Assembly: GCA_049975405.1 (NCBI GenBank)
Contig: JBNGDK010000001.1
Coordinates: forward strand, 38,593 to 102,592
Source of the DNA: Candidatus Methanospirareceae archaeon
Lineage (GTDB): Archaea; Halobacteriota; Syntropharchaeia; Alkanophagales; Methanospirareceae
Length of the DNA: 64,000 bases
Direction of reading: 5' to 3'
In this document: positions 1-14,314 of the stretch, piece by piece
Layout: every line of letters starts with the position of its first letter
Position numbering within the stretch: position 1 is the stretch's first letter
The notes under the pieces: model-generated
Database searches by the model: none
What the model was told of the DNA's origin: nothing
Seen by the model: only the letters and a program-made list of their open reading frames with translations
Translations under genes and position numbers: made by a program

Positions 1-372
1 CCATGGGATTGGAAACTACCAGCAGGATGGCATCCCCCTCGTGCTCTACGATGTTAGCGATGATCTGCTTGAAAATCGCCGCGTTTCTCTGCGTCAGGTC
101 TATCCGCGATTCGCCCGGCTCCTGTCTGGCCCCCGCGGTGATCACCACGATGTCCGCATCCTTACAACCTTCGTAGCCCGCGGCATAGATGCGCACCGGC
201 TGCACAAAGCTGGCACCGTGGTTGAGATCCATGCATTCACCTTCGGCCTTGTTCATATCTCGCCCGATGAGCACGATCTCACGCGCGAGCCCACTGATCG
301 TCAAGGCGAACGCGAAGGTGCTGCCGACGTTTCCCGGGCCCACGATCGCCACTTTTGAACGCGTTGCCTGCA
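1..372 (-). CDS. mdh: Malate/L-lactate dehydrogenase (LDH-like MDH), N-terminal part; gene runs off the window start
   Basis: Reverse translation from ATG at 370-372 gives MQATRSKVAIVGPGNVGSTFAFAL...VSNPM. This has the Rossmann GxGxxG and the LDH/MDH family N-terminus. There is no stop before position 1. Confidence 0.75.
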
Positions 373-405
373 TTGTTACCGCCCTTTTAGCGGCGTTAAA
401 CCGCC

Positions 406-840
406 CTAGAAAAGCGTGTAGACCTTTGTCTTGCTTTCCCAGCTCTCTCGCCACTCGATCTTCTGTATGCGTATCTTGAAGAGGCAGAACTCCGCAGACC
501 CGTGGCCCTCAGGAAAGAACCGGGACAGATCCAAGGGGGCTATCTTCCACACCCGCTTCTTCTGATCCAGATCGCCGATTGGTTCTGCCTCACCGGTGAC
601 GATCGCCACGCTATCGCCGCCGGGGTGCTCCACAAAGGAGAGGGCAATCCGGGGATTCGCCGTAATCTCCTGCACCTTTCGCGAGCTGCAGTGGGTCGCG
701 ACCCAGAGGGAGAGGTCGGCCTCCACGATAGGCGCTACCGGTCGAACCCGCGGCTGGGCGCCGTCACAGGTGGCAAGGTGCGCGCCAAAGAAGTTCTTCT
801 TCATGATCTCCACTATTTTCGACTTTTCTGATTGGTTCAT
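406..840 (-). CDS. Pyridoxamine 5'-phosphate oxidase-like FMN-binding split-barrel protein
   Basis: 144-aa ORF. Its composition and length fit the PNPOx-like family. Weak motif-level call only. Confidence 0.45.
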   Translation of the reverse strand: MNQSEKSKIVEIMKKNFFGAHLATCDGAQPRVRPVAPIVEADLSLWVATHCSSRKVQEITANPRIALSFVEHPGGDSVAIVTGEAEPIGDLDQKKRVWKIAPLDLSRFFPEGHGSAEFCLFKIRIQKIEWRESWESKTKVYTLF

Positions 841-1019
841 TCTTGCTCACTCTTCTTCCTCTTGGAGGTGATGAGCGAAAAATTTCCCTGTAAAACTACC
901 TCCCGTTATATCTCTAGTGATCGTCACATACATAAGCTTTTCACTTTTATATGGTACTTCCTATCACCTTACATCTGCAAATGCAAAAAAGCTTGCAGGG
1001 AATTTTTTGATGAAAAAGA

Positions 1020-1093
1020 TGGGCTCGATGCGATTCGAACGCATGGCCTCCGCCTCGTGAAGGCGGTGTCATAACCAACTAGACCACGAGCCC
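1020..1093 (-). tRNA. tRNA-Val (anticodon CAC)
   Basis: Reverse complement reads GGGCTCGTGGTCTAGTTGGTTATGACACCGCCTTCACGAGGCGGAGGCCATGCGTTCGAATCGCATCGAGCCCA. The acceptor stem is 7 bp. The anticodon stem is CCGCC/GGCGG with loop TTCACGA. A TTCGAAT T-loop is present. Confidence 0.8.
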
Positions 1094-1216
1094 CTGCCCT
1101 TCCGTTTCTTACTGTTATATCAAGAAAGCCAACGTTAAATAAATTTTCTTTTGTGTAGCGCTATGGGTATGATGAGGGCGAAGGGGCAAAGGAATCGCGA
1201 GGCAGGGCGTTGAGCA

Positions 1217-2416
1217 ATGAAGTTTGAGATGATTAAGGGTGGCATTTGCGCGGTCAAGGGCGTAAGAGCATATGGGCTCAAAGAGGGGAAGAATGGCCTA
1301 ACGCTGATAGAGGGCAAAGGCACCGTTGCCGGTGCGTTTACGGTCAATAAGCTGCGAGCGGCACCGACAGAGTTCACAGCGAAGCAGATCGCCCGCGGTC
1401 GGTTGAGTGCGGTCATTGCGAACAGCGGCTGTGCTAACAGCTTCACTGGCGAGCAGGGGATGCGGAACGCGGAAAAGATGGCAGAGCTCGCAGCAGCTGC
1501 GTTGCACGTGCCCAAAGCCGAGATCGGGGTGCTTTCAACCGGCTCGATCGGCACACAACTCGATATGACGCTGATCGAGCGGCAGCTTGGAGCAGTCCTC
1601 GAAGGCATGACCGTCGAACCGGAAGGGAGCATGGCCGCGGCGCAAGGCATCATGACCACCGACACCTTCCCGAAAGAGATTGCGGTACGTATCGAGGCGG
1701 AGAGCGGCGAATCGGTGGTCATCGGCGGTATTGCGAAAGGCTCGGGTATGATTGCGCCGCACATGAACACGGCCACTATGCTCGCGGTCCTTTACACCGA
1801 CGCCGCTGTAGCGGCTGACGCGCTGCGGAGCTGTCTCCAGGACGCGGTTAACGATTCGTTCAATATGGTCATTGTGGACGGCGATATGAGCACGAACGAT
1901 TCCGTGCTGGTGGTTGCCACCGGCCAGCGTGGGGCGATCGGTATAGAAACGTTCAAAGAGGGTCTAACGTTGGTCTGCCAGACGCTGGCGAAACAGATGG
2001 CGCGCGACGGTGAAGGCGCGACAAAGTTCGTCGAGGTTAAGGTACATGACGCGCAGTCCGTTGGGGACGCACGGGAAGCCGCGCGAGCGATTCTCAGGTC
2101 ACCGCTGGTGAAGAGCGCGGTCTTCGGCGAACGGCTCGACCTCGTCTGCGGCCGTACCATTGCCGCTCTCGGTAGCGCGTGCATCACCGGCCAACTTGAC
2201 CAGCGTAAGCTCGCAATCAGTATAAAAAGTGACGCCGATGAGGTGCCCGCCGTGCAGAACGGTCTGTTCCTGAAGCTTTCGGAGTCCGAAAGAGCGATTA
2301 TGACGGCAAAGGAAGTCACTCTGACCGTGGATCTCGGAACAGGAGGCGGCGCGGAAGCCACTGCGTGGGGCTGCGATTTATCCTACGACTACGTGAAGAT
2401 CAACGCCGCGTATTAG
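1217..2416 (+). CDS. argJ: Bifunctional glutamate N-acetyltransferase / ornithine acetyltransferase ArgJ
   Basis: 399 aa. The N-terminus matches ArgJ and the ATML autoproteolysis motif (MNTATMLAV) is present. Confidence 0.9.
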   Translation: MKFEMIKGGICAVKGVRAYGLKEGKNGLTLIEGKGTVAGAFTVNKLRAAPTEFTAKQIARGRLSAVIANSGCANSFTGEQGMRNAEKMAELAAAALHVPKAEIGVLSTGSIGTQLDMTLIERQLGAVLEGMTVEPEGSMAAAQGIMTTDTFPKEIAVRIEAESGESVVIGGIAKGSGMIAPHMNTATMLAVLYTDAAVAADALRSCLQDAVNDSFNMVIVDGDMSTNDSVLVVATGQRGAIGIETFKEGLTLVCQTLAKQMARDGEGATKFVEVKVHDAQSVGDAREAARAILRSPLVKSAVFGERLDLVCGRTIAALGSACITGQLDQRKLAISIKSDADEVPAVQNGLFLKLSESERAIMTAKEVTLTVDLGTGGGAEATAWGCDLSYDYVKINAAY

Positions 2417-2418
2417 CG

Positions 2419-3015
2419 TTACCTGCTCGGCGCTGCTGCCGATTTACGGACATTTCGCCGAGCCGTTTCGGCGATCTGCTCATACAGGCTGTTCCCCTGG
2501 GCATCCATGCTCACCACGAGCGGCCCGAAGTCTTCCACACGGAGTTGCCAGACCGCCTCGGCCAGCCCCAGATCTTCCCAGTAGACCGCTTGCACTTCTT
2601 TGATTTGCGTGGCCGCTAGCACCGCCGCACCACCGGTCAGGGCGAAGTATACACAGCCATAGCGTGCCAGTGCCGCTTTCGTCGCACTGCCCATGCCACC
2701 TTTTCCAATGAGCCCGCGGATCTGAAGCATTTCTATGACCTCGGGCGTTAGTGCCTCCATTCGTGTGCTCGTGGTCGGGCCCGCGGCAATGATCTCCCAC
2801 AGATCCCCGCGCTTCCTCACCACGGGCCCACAGTGGTACAGTATCGCGCCTCTGGGTATCGGAATCTCCGCGTCAGCACCTCGACGGGTAAGCTCGATAA
2901 TGCGCTGGTGCGCCCTGTCGCGAGCCGTGTAAACTTCACCATTGAGGTGCACGATATCGCCGACCTGTAGCCGCTTCATCTCCCCTACCTCAACCGGCGT
3001 GATCACCCGCTTCAT
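2419..3015 (-). CDS. Fe-S hydro-lyase beta subunit (class I fumarate hydratase / tartrate dehydratase beta, FumB C-terminal domain type)
   Basis: Start moved to the internal Met (MKRVITPVEVGEMKRLQVGDIVHLNGEVYTARDRAH). This is the typical N-terminus of the archaeal FumB beta subunit. No alpha subunit is adjacent. Confidence 0.65.
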   Translation of the reverse strand: MKRVITPVEVGEMKRLQVGDIVHLNGEVYTARDRAHQRIIELTRRGADAEIPIPRGAILYHCGPVVRKRGDLWEIIAAGPTTSTRMEALTPEVIEMLQIRGLIGKGGMGSATKAALARYGCVYFALTGGAAVLAATQIKEVQAVYWEDLGLAEAVWQLRVEDFGPLVVSMDAQGNSLYEQIAETARRNVRKSAAAPSR

Positions 3016-3111
3016 GAATTCGTTCCTCTTGCACCGAAAGCTCCGCCTGCTCAAACCTTTATTAGATTTCGCGCTTCTTAACACTACCCAACACGGCTAG
3101 AGCGACCTGAC

Positions 3112-4419
3112 ATGAACGAGCACGAGAACGCAGCGGATAACGAGCAGTTACGGGCGGCAAACAAGCCAAACGAGCTTGCCCTGGAGTACCATACACGTTA
3201 CACCGGCAAGATAGAGCTCGGGCTGAAGGCGCCCGTTACCAGTTACCATGATTTCGCGATCTGGTACACGCCCGGCGTTGCGGTTCCCAGTCGTGCAATC
3301 CAAGAGCACCGGGAGTTTGTGTACAAGTACACGAACAAGGGGAACTTCGTAGCCATCGTTACGGATGGCACGCGTGTGCTGGGTCTGGGCGATGTGGGCC
3401 CGGAAGCGGCGCTGCCCGTGATGGAGGGGAAAGCCATGCTCTTCAAATATCTCGGCGGTGTTGATGCGTTCCCCATCTGCCTGGCCACGAAGGACCTGGA
3501 GGAGATTATTACCGTGGTGAAGGCACTCGCACCAACCTTTGGCGGCATCAATTTGGAAGACATCGAGAGCCCGAAATGCTACGAGCTGCTCGATCGGTTA
3601 CAACATGAGCTCACGATGCCGGTCTGGCATGATGACCAACAGGGCACCGCACTCGTTATCCTCGCGGGCGTGATCAACGCCCTGAAGCTTCTGGGTAAGC
3701 GCTTGAGCGAGGTGACTGTATCGCTCATCGGCGCGGGTGCGGCGAATATGAACGTCGCGAAGTATATGCATCTGGCTGGCGCGCGTTGGGGTAATATGAT
3801 CATGGTGGATAGCAAAGGGATCTTGAACTCGGCGAGAACGGATGTACGGGCCAATGTGCAGAAGTGGGCGATCTGCGAGCAGACGAACCGCGAGGGGCGA
3901 AGCGGTGGCATTGCCGAGGCCATGCGTGATACAGATGTCTGCATCGCGCTCTCGACACCCGGGCCAGGAGTAATCAAGCCGGAATGGGTTGCGCAGATGG
4001 CGGACGACCCGATCCTCTTTGCCGCCGCGAATCCCGTGCCGGAGATCTGGCCCTGGGAGGCGGAGGCCGCGGGCGCGCGGATCGTCGCCACCGGGCGGTC
4101 AGATTTCAAGAACCAGATCAACAACTCGCTGGGGTTCCCTGCGGTCTTCCGGGGTGCTTTAGATGTGCGCGCGACGCGCATCACGGATGAGATGTGTATC
4201 GCGGCGGCAGGTGCGATCGCGCGCTACGCGGAAGAACAAGGGCTGCAGGAGGACGCGATTATTCCGAGCATGGAGGAGCGCGAGATGTACGTTTGCGAGG
4301 CCCGTGCGGTCGCTCTGAAAGCGATCGAACAGGGCGTTGCAGACCGGAAACTGAGCGCGGCCGCGGTGGAATCAGCGGTACGAGCGCACCTGTATCACGA
4401 GCCAGCGAAAACTTTATAA
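3112..4419 (+). CDS. NAD(P)-dependent malic enzyme (short form)
   Basis: 435 aa. It carries the malic-enzyme N-terminal and Rossmann (GAGAA) regions. Confidence 0.85.
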   Translation: MNEHENAADNEQLRAANKPNELALEYHTRYTGKIELGLKAPVTSYHDFAIWYTPGVAVPSRAIQEHREFVYKYTNKGNFVAIVTDGTRVLGLGDVGPEAALPVMEGKAMLFKYLGGVDAFPICLATKDLEEIITVVKALAPTFGGINLEDIESPKCYELLDRLQHELTMPVWHDDQQGTALVILAGVINALKLLGKRLSEVTVSLIGAGAANMNVAKYMHLAGARWGNMIMVDSKGILNSARTDVRANVQKWAICEQTNREGRSGGIAEAMRDTDVCIALSTPGPGVIKPEWVAQMADDPILFAAANPVPEIWPWEAEAAGARIVATGRSDFKNQINNSLGFPAVFRGALDVRATRITDEMCIAAAGAIARYAEEQGLQEDAIIPSMEEREMYVCEARAVALKAIEQGVADRKLSAAAVESAVRAHLYHEPAKTL

Positions 4420-4590
4420 GATCACCTGCCTATCATTAATTGTAGCACCGGCGTCGACTTCGATTACGGGGATACCCATCAGATGAGAAGTTGACTTCCG
4501 CTACACTTCAGAAGAAGGTGATGGGGACACGAACCGAAGATTGTCGTGTCCGACTGGGAAGCAAAAAACCCAATCTGACGAGCCAGTAGA

Positions 4591-6144
<1,554 letters not shown>

Positions 6145-6226
6145 GCTGAAAGTATCGTCGGATTGTGGGTGAGCTTCTCAAAACTTTACATTATCGCATG
6201 GTGTATAGCTAGCTGGGAGATGGGCC

Positions 6227-6298
6227 GGGCTCGTAGATCAGTGGAAGATCGTCGCCTTTGCGAGGCGAAGGCCCTGGGTTCAAATCCCAGCGAGTCCA
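6227..6298 (+). tRNA. tRNA-Ala (anticodon TGC) in the 16S-23S spacer
   Basis: Sequence is GGGCTCGTAGATCAGTGGAAGATCGTCGCCTTTGCGAGGCGAAGGCCCTGGGTTCAAATCCCAGCGAGTCCA. The acceptor stem is 7 bp with a G3:U70 wobble, which is the tRNA-Ala identity pair. CCA is not encoded. Confidence 0.9.
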
Positions 6299-6456
6299 TC
6301 CATGCGTGGGACTGATGGTGAGGAAGCTGTATGTATGTAAATGCACCTAGCAACCCGGGTGTTGCTAGGGAAGTACCGATGGCGAGGCGTGGCCTCTGCC
6401 AGATGAGGTGTGTAGACGCACTTGACAACTCTGACATCCAATGGGCTTAGTGAGAC

Positions 6457-9385
<2,929 letters not shown>

Positions 9386-9535
9386 ATCTCGCTGAGCTCA
9401 GATGAAATCAGAGTTGCAAGTGCGTTTGCCCTTTTCCTCACCTTCTTATTTTTGTAAGAGCACGTAACCACGGTAGTGGAACTCAGGCACATAACCTATT
9501 TTTAGATCTCAGTGCTATCAATTAGCAAGAGTTGG

Positions 9536-9607
9536 GCCAGGGTGGCGGAGCGGCTACGCGGCTGACTGCAGATCAGCTACACCCCAGTTCGAATCTGGGC
9601 CCTGGCT
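9536..9607 (+). tRNA. tRNA-Cys (anticodon GCA) immediately downstream of 23S
   Basis: Acceptor stem is GCCAGGG/CCCTGGC. Anticodon stem is GCTGA/TCAGC with loop CTGCAGA. T-arm is CCCAG-TTCGAAT-CTGGG. Confidence 0.85.
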
Positions 9608-9844
9608 TCCCGGTATCTCCAGTGGATCGTTGGTCCGGTGCGTACTTCTTTCACTATACGTATAACGTTGTTCGTTGTGTGGTACGTGCCTCTTCGCACG
9701 AGATCGGGACGCCACTGCTTTTCCCGTTTAAAAACGGTTAATTCCCCTAAAAGACGGATAATACTCAGTTAATTTACGAAAAAAACGTTATTTTATCTCA
9801 AATACAAATTTAAACGCCTATAAACGCTCAGAATTAGGTGCAAC

Positions 9845-9870
9845 CGAGGGTTTTATAAGGGTAGAGCGAC
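9845..9870 (+). promoter_or_regulatory. Putative archaeal BRE/TATA promoter for the nrdH-like/nrdD operon
   Basis: GGTTTTATAAGGGTAG lies about 45-60 nt upstream of ATG 9912, within an AT-rich stretch. Confidence 0.35.
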
Positions 9871-9911
9871 AATGATTCTCCAATAATCTTCAGCTTTTTT
9901 GCGGTCGCGCG

Positions 9912-10193
9912 GTGGAGTGGAAGAAAATGGGTATAAAAGTTTACACAACGAAAGTTTGTCCGAATTGTAAGCTCGTCAAAGAGTTCCTGGCAGCTGAGGG
10001 CGAGCAGGTTGAGGAGGTGGATATCACGACAGCGGAAGCGCTGACCGAGCTGCGGATGGCGGGCGTCTTCACGATGACCACCCCCGTCGTGCAGATCGGG
10101 CCGCGGTTTCTCACCTCGGAGGTCTTGTTTGATGGTGATGTATTACGGAAGGATATGCTGAAAGCAGCGTTAAAGGAAGTGGGAGGAGCATGA
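9912..10193 (+). CDS. Glutaredoxin/NrdH-like small redoxin (CxxC)
   Basis: 93 aa with VYTTKVCPNCKLVKEFL, a thioredoxin-fold CPxC motif. Its stop overlaps the nrdD start (ATGA at 10190-10193). Confidence 0.6.
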   Translation: MEWKKMGIKVYTTKVCPNCKLVKEFLAAEGEQVEEVDITTAEALTELRMAGVFTMTTPVVQIGPRFLTSEVLFDGDVLRKDMLKAALKEVGGA

Positions 10194-12481
10194 ACCGACT
10201 TTTTGGTATTGAGAATGGCTCGGTGCAGACCATGCTGGACGGGATGCGATTACGTTTCCCCAAGGTGCGAACCAGCGACGGACACATAGTTGAGTGGGAC
10301 CGGGAAGCAATCGTGAAGCAGCTGCTACGTGAGACCACGTTGGGTGCGAAATTCTACGGTAAGCCCTCGATTGACGAGGAAACGGCGCGTGAAATCGCGA
10401 GGGAGGCGGAGCTCCGGATCAAGGTGATGGGTATCTCGCAGCTCTCGGGCGCGCTCGTGCGCGAGATCGTGAACCAGATCTTACTGGAGGAGTACAAGGA
10501 GCAGGAGTGGCGGAATGTCTGTACCCGGGTGGGTACGCCGGTCTACGACGCGCATCTGATCGACGTTGGCGAGGGCTTCGAGGCGAACGAGAACGCGAAT
10601 CTGCAGGAGAACGCGGAGACCTCGCACAAGAAGAAGGCGGACAAGATCTGCAAGGAGCAGTATCTGTTGTTGTTGCCGCCGAAGCTCGCTGATCTGCACC
10701 TCAGCGGCGATCTGCACATCCATGATCTCGAGTATTTCGGGACGCGCGGGTTCTGCCAGGACTGGGACCTGCGGTACTTCTTCTATTATGGCCTGATGCC
10801 GGATGGCTCGGGCACAAAGGCCTCGGTCGCGGGCCCCGCGAAGAAGCCGGAAGTGGCGATCCTGCACGCGGTCAAGATATTAGGGAGCGCGCAGACGAAC
10901 TTCGCGGGCGGCCAGGGCTTCTTCAATTTCCTTACGTTCATTGCACCCTACCTGGAAGGTTTATCATACGAGGAGATCGAGCAGTTGATGCAGATGTTCG
11001 TCTACGAGATGACGCAGATGCAGGTGGCGCGAGGCGGGCAGCTGGTCTTCTCCTCGGTGCAGCTCACGCCAGGCGTGCCGAAGATCTGGAAAGATAAGCC
11101 CGTGGTGTACAAGGGTGACGTCTGGGACGGCGAACGGGCGCCGTTGAGAACCTACGGTGAATACGAGCGCGAGGTACGGCTGGCCTTCAAGGCGCTGATG
11201 AATGTGATGCTGCAGGGCGATTACTGGGGCAAGCCGTTCAACTTCCCGAAGCCGGAGATCGCAATCGAGCCGTTCTTCCTGACCGAGGACGAGCCATTCA
11301 ATACCGACCATCCAGATTTGCCCACGTATTCAGAGCTCTATGATCTGGCGTTCAAATTGACCGCGAAGTACGGGTCGCCGTATTTCGATAACAAGATGCC
11401 GGAGTATCGAGGCGCGGGCGAAGGCGTGTCCTGTTACCAGTGCTGCGCGTACAGCTTCAAGACCTCGCCGGACGATGAAGACTTCAAGGACAAGATGTAC
11501 TTCAGGAACGGCGCACACTTCACCATGGGCGGCTGGCAGGTGATCACGCTTAACTGCCCGCGGGCCGCGTATCGGGCTGATCACGACGACGAACAGCTGT
11601 TTGCTGAGCTGAAGCGGCTGATGGACCGCGCGGTTGAGGTGCTGAAGATCAAGAAGCGGTGGATGCACCAGATTGTCGAGAGCGGACGGATGCCGTTCGC
11701 AACACAGCGGCCAAAAGATCCGCATACGAACGAGAAGGGCACAATGGCTGTTCATCTCGACGAGCTCGTGTATATCATCGGTGTGGCCGGTATCAACGAG
11801 ATGGTGCAGTACCATTACGGGAAGCAATTGCACGAGGACGAAGGAGCGTTACGGCTCGCCGTGCACGCGATGACCGTGATGGAGCTGTACGCGAAGGAGC
11901 TCTCGCAGCGCGAAGGTATGACAATTAGCTTCTCACGCACGCCCGCAGAGACCGTGGTGCAGCGGTTTGCTGTGGCCGACCTCTTGAATCAGGAGTTCAG
12001 GGAGAACGCGCTGAGCGTGGTGAAAGGCGATATTGAGGGCGCACTGGCACGGATCCACGAGACGCGTGATCTGCCTATTTACTATACGAACGGGACGCAC
12101 GTCCCACCCGCCGCGAAGATCTCACTTGCCGAGCGGATCGAAATCGAGCACCGGTTCTTCCCCATCGTGGACGGCGGGAACATCATGCACATCTTCCTCG
12201 GCGAGGGGTATCCCGATCCACGCGGCGTTAAGAGTCTGGCGATGAAGATCGCGAAGAACACGCAGACGGGCTACTTCGCCTTCACCAAAGATCTGACGGT
12301 CTGTAAAGACTGCGCGCATGTCACGATGGGGCTGCGAGAGGTGTGTGAGCAGTGCAACTCGGACAACCTCGATTACATCTCACGGATAACCGGCTACCTG
12401 CAGGCGGTGAGTGGCTGGAACGCGGGCAAGCGCCAGGAACTGCTTGATCGGATGCGGTACGGTGGGGATGAGGTGCGGTAA
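10190..12481 (+). CDS. nrdD: Anaerobic (class III) ribonucleoside-triphosphate reductase NrdD
   Basis: 763 aa. A C-terminal glycyl-radical motif (RITGYLQAV) is present. A C-terminal Zn ribbon (CKDCAH...CEQC) is present. Confidence 0.9.
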   Translation: MNRLFGIENGSVQTMLDGMRLRFPKVRTSDGHIVEWDREAIVKQLLRETTLGAKFYGKPSIDEETAREIAREAELRIKVMGISQLSGALVREIVNQILLEEYKEQEWRNVCTRVGTPVYDAHLIDVGEGFEANENANLQENAETSHKKKADKICKEQYLLLLPPKLADLHLSGDLHIHDLEYFGTRGFCQDWDLRYFFYYGLMPDGSGTKASVAGPAKKPEVAILHAVKILGSAQTNFAGGQGFFNFLTFIAPYLEGLSYEEIEQLMQMFVYEMTQMQVARGGQLVFSSVQLTPGVPKIWKDKPVVYKGDVWDGERAPLRTYGEYEREVRLAFKALMNVMLQGDYWGKPFNFPKPEIAIEPFFLTEDEPFNTDHPDLPTYSELYDLAFKLTAKYGSPYFDNKMPEYRGAGEGVSCYQCCAYSFKTSPDDEDFKDKMYFRNGAHFTMGGWQVITLNCPRAAYRADHDDEQLFAELKRLMDRAVEVLKIKKRWMHQIVESGRMPFATQRPKDPHTNEKGTMAVHLDELVYIIGVAGINEMVQYHYGKQLHEDEGALRLAVHAMTVMELYAKELSQREGMTISFSRTPAETVVQRFAVADLLNQEFRENALSVVKGDIEGALARIHETRDLPIYYTNGTHVPPAAKISLAERIEIEHRFFPIVDGGNIMHIFLGEGYPDPRGVKSLAMKIAKNTQTGYFAFTKDLTVCKDCAHVTMGLREVCEQCNSDNLDYISRITGYLQAVSGWNAGKRQELLDRMRYGGDEVR

Positions 12482-12703
12482 CCAGGGTTGTAGACACTTA
12501 AAGACGGCTATTTCCGAACGAGCGTAAAGCGAAGACGAGCAGGTTACGGCTGGGCGGCAAGTCTCCAAGACGACAACCGCTTGATATGGCATCTAACTGT
12601 TGAACGAGCGTCCTGAAAGCGCGCTACTTTAAGTACGCGAAGTCGCAATCTGGAAGTAGATTCCGTTTCATATCTCAACACAATCAAGTACTGGGGTAGC
12701 ATA

Positions 12704-13312
12704 ATGACCGCCGAAGAAGGATGCTTTATCGTCATCGAAGGCCTGGACGGCGCGGGCCTGTCCACGCAGGCTGCCCTCCTGGCGGGATATCTGCGCAGTA
12801 CCGGCAATGACGTTCTGCTTACCAAGGAGCCCACGACCTCGCCGATCGGCAAGCTCATCAAGGCTGCTTTGAATCGTAACCCTGAGTTATCCCTGTTCAC
12901 GCTGCAGTTGCTCTTCGCTGCTGACCGTGCGGAGCACCTGAAACAGGAGATCGAGCCCGCGCTTGCAGCCCATAAAATCGTTATCTCCGATCGTTATGTG
13001 CTCTCATCGCTCGCCTTCGGCTCCGTAGATAACGATCTCGAATTTCTGCTCGCGCTCAACGCGCGATTCAGACGGCCAGATCTCACCGTGATTATCGATA
13101 CGCCGCCCGCAGTATGTCTGGATCGGATCGAGCGGAACCGAGAGAATATCGAGCTCTTCGAGGAGGAGCAGCGGCTGGAACAGGTCAGAGCGCGGTACCT
13201 TGAGCTGCGCGAGTGCTTTAAACACACGGTCATTGTGAACGGCGATCGCTCGAAGGAGGCGGTTGCGAAGGAGATCCAAACGGTGGTCGAGCACACGCTC
13301 TGCCATGCCTGA
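12704..13312 (+). CDS. tmk: Thymidylate kinase
   Basis: P-loop IVIEGLDGAGLSTQ and Tmk DRY-like motif (ISDRYVLS). Confidence 0.85.
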   Translation: MTAEEGCFIVIEGLDGAGLSTQAALLAGYLRSTGNDVLLTKEPTTSPIGKLIKAALNRNPELSLFTLQLLFAADRAEHLKQEIEPALAAHKIVISDRYVLSSLAFGSVDNDLEFLLALNARFRRPDLTVIIDTPPAVCLDRIERNRENIELFEEEQRLEQVRARYLELRECFKHTVIVNGDRSKEAVAKEIQTVVEHTLCHA

Positions 13313-13356
13313 ATGGGCACCGCACCCGGGGTTTTATTTGGCTGTTAACAGAATTA

Positions 13357-13665
13357 GTGCTCGGGAGCGCGGAAGCGCAAAGGAGGAAAGCAGAAATGAC
13401 AATGCGCATCATACCGATGATCTCTGATCCAACACACCAGAAACTCCTGCTCTTCGTTATTATTGGCGGGTTAGCAATTAGCTCATTCACCTTCTTCATC
13501 GAGGCAGAGCACTGGCAGGTCGGTATTGCCTTACTGCTCTTCTCCGCCGTGGCTTACGTGCTCTGGCGCGGGCATCCGCTTGATGACTGTTACGCGCTCG
13601 TCTTCTGGCTGAGTTTTATTATGGGTGCCTCCGCGCTCTTTATGGATATCAAGGATCTACTGTAA
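13357..13665 (+). CDS. Small membrane protein, unknown function
   Basis: 102 aa with two predicted TM helices. No recognisable motif. Confidence 0.3.
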   Translation: MLGSAEAQRRKAEMTMRIIPMISDPTHQKLLLFVIIGGLAISSFTFFIEAEHWQVGIALLLFSAVAYVLWRGHPLDDCYALVFWLSFIMGASALFMDIKDLL

Positions 13666-13673
13666 TCGATCGG

Positions 13674-14285
13674 ATGAAACACGAAAAGCTGAGTACCACG
13701 GAACGTTTAAAGCTCGTGAAACTGCTCGGCCTGTTTACCCTGCTGGCCGCTTTTTTGATCCTGGCTCTACTGCCGCTGGTGAACGCCGGGCGGCTCCCGA
13801 TCTGGACCCCGTGGCTCGTGCTCAGTGCCGGCGCCGTTGGCTGGTTTGCGGTTGAGCTCTTGGTGGAAAAACCGGCGGGCACGAGGTTGAAGAAGGCCCT
13901 GATCGTCGCGATCTTCCTAATGCTCTTCGATTTCATCTTCGAGAATTCGGGTACGATCTTCAATTTATGGTACAGCTCGAACAATTTGGTGCCCGTATGT
14001 ATGCCCATAGAATCGATCCATCCCGCCTGCGTGCCGATCGAGGTGATGCTGGTCATCCTGTTTGGCGGCGCGGCATGGGCGCTCTATGTGCCGCAGGACT
14101 TCAAGCTCACCTATAGCGTGCTGGATATCCTCCTCATTGCCTCCTTCGGCGCGATTGGCGAATTCATACTGATCCAGTTCGGATTGATGCATTACCTCCA
14201 GTGGTGGACCTCGGTGCACGCCTTCCTCTCGTACATGGCCACGTGGATACTGCTCCATCTCGTGCGGTACCGGGTTGTTGGCTGA
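13674..14285 (+). CDS. Polytopic membrane protein, unknown function
   Basis: 203 aa with about six hydrophobic segments. It follows the small membrane ORF with a 9-nt gap. Confidence 0.4.
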   Translation: MKHEKLSTTERLKLVKLLGLFTLLAAFLILALLPLVNAGRLPIWTPWLVLSAGAVGWFAVELLVEKPAGTRLKKALIVAIFLMLFDFIFENSGTIFNLWYSSNNLVPVCMPIESIHPACVPIEVMLVILFGGAAWALYVPQDFKLTYSVLDILLIASFGAIGEFILIQFGLMHYLQWWTSVHAFLSYMATWILLHLVRYRVVG

Positions 14286-14314
14286 GGCTTACAAATCGTA
14301 AAGCTTATCGTTAG

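Noticed and set aside
41-479. Plus-strand ORFs 41-358 and 189-479
   Set aside because: The minus strand encodes a clean malate-dehydrogenase N-terminus with a Rossmann motif across the same bases. The plus-strand frames are antisense artefacts of a GC-rich gene.
1135-2361. Antisense ORFs 1135-1776, 1792-2361 and others inside argJ
   Set aside because: These are long antisense frames typical of high-GC DNA. argJ on the plus strand has the ATML motif and full length.
9386-9535. Possible 5S rRNA between 23S and tRNA-Cys
   Set aside because: No 5S-like conserved sequence or length (~120 nt with loop C/helix IV motifs) is recognisable in this interval.
10481-12319. ORFs antisense or out of frame within nrdD (10481-10867, 10964-11311, 11330-11833, etc.)
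   Set aside because: nrdD is continuous and carries its glycyl-radical motif. The others are low-complexity Arg/Leu-rich antisense frames.
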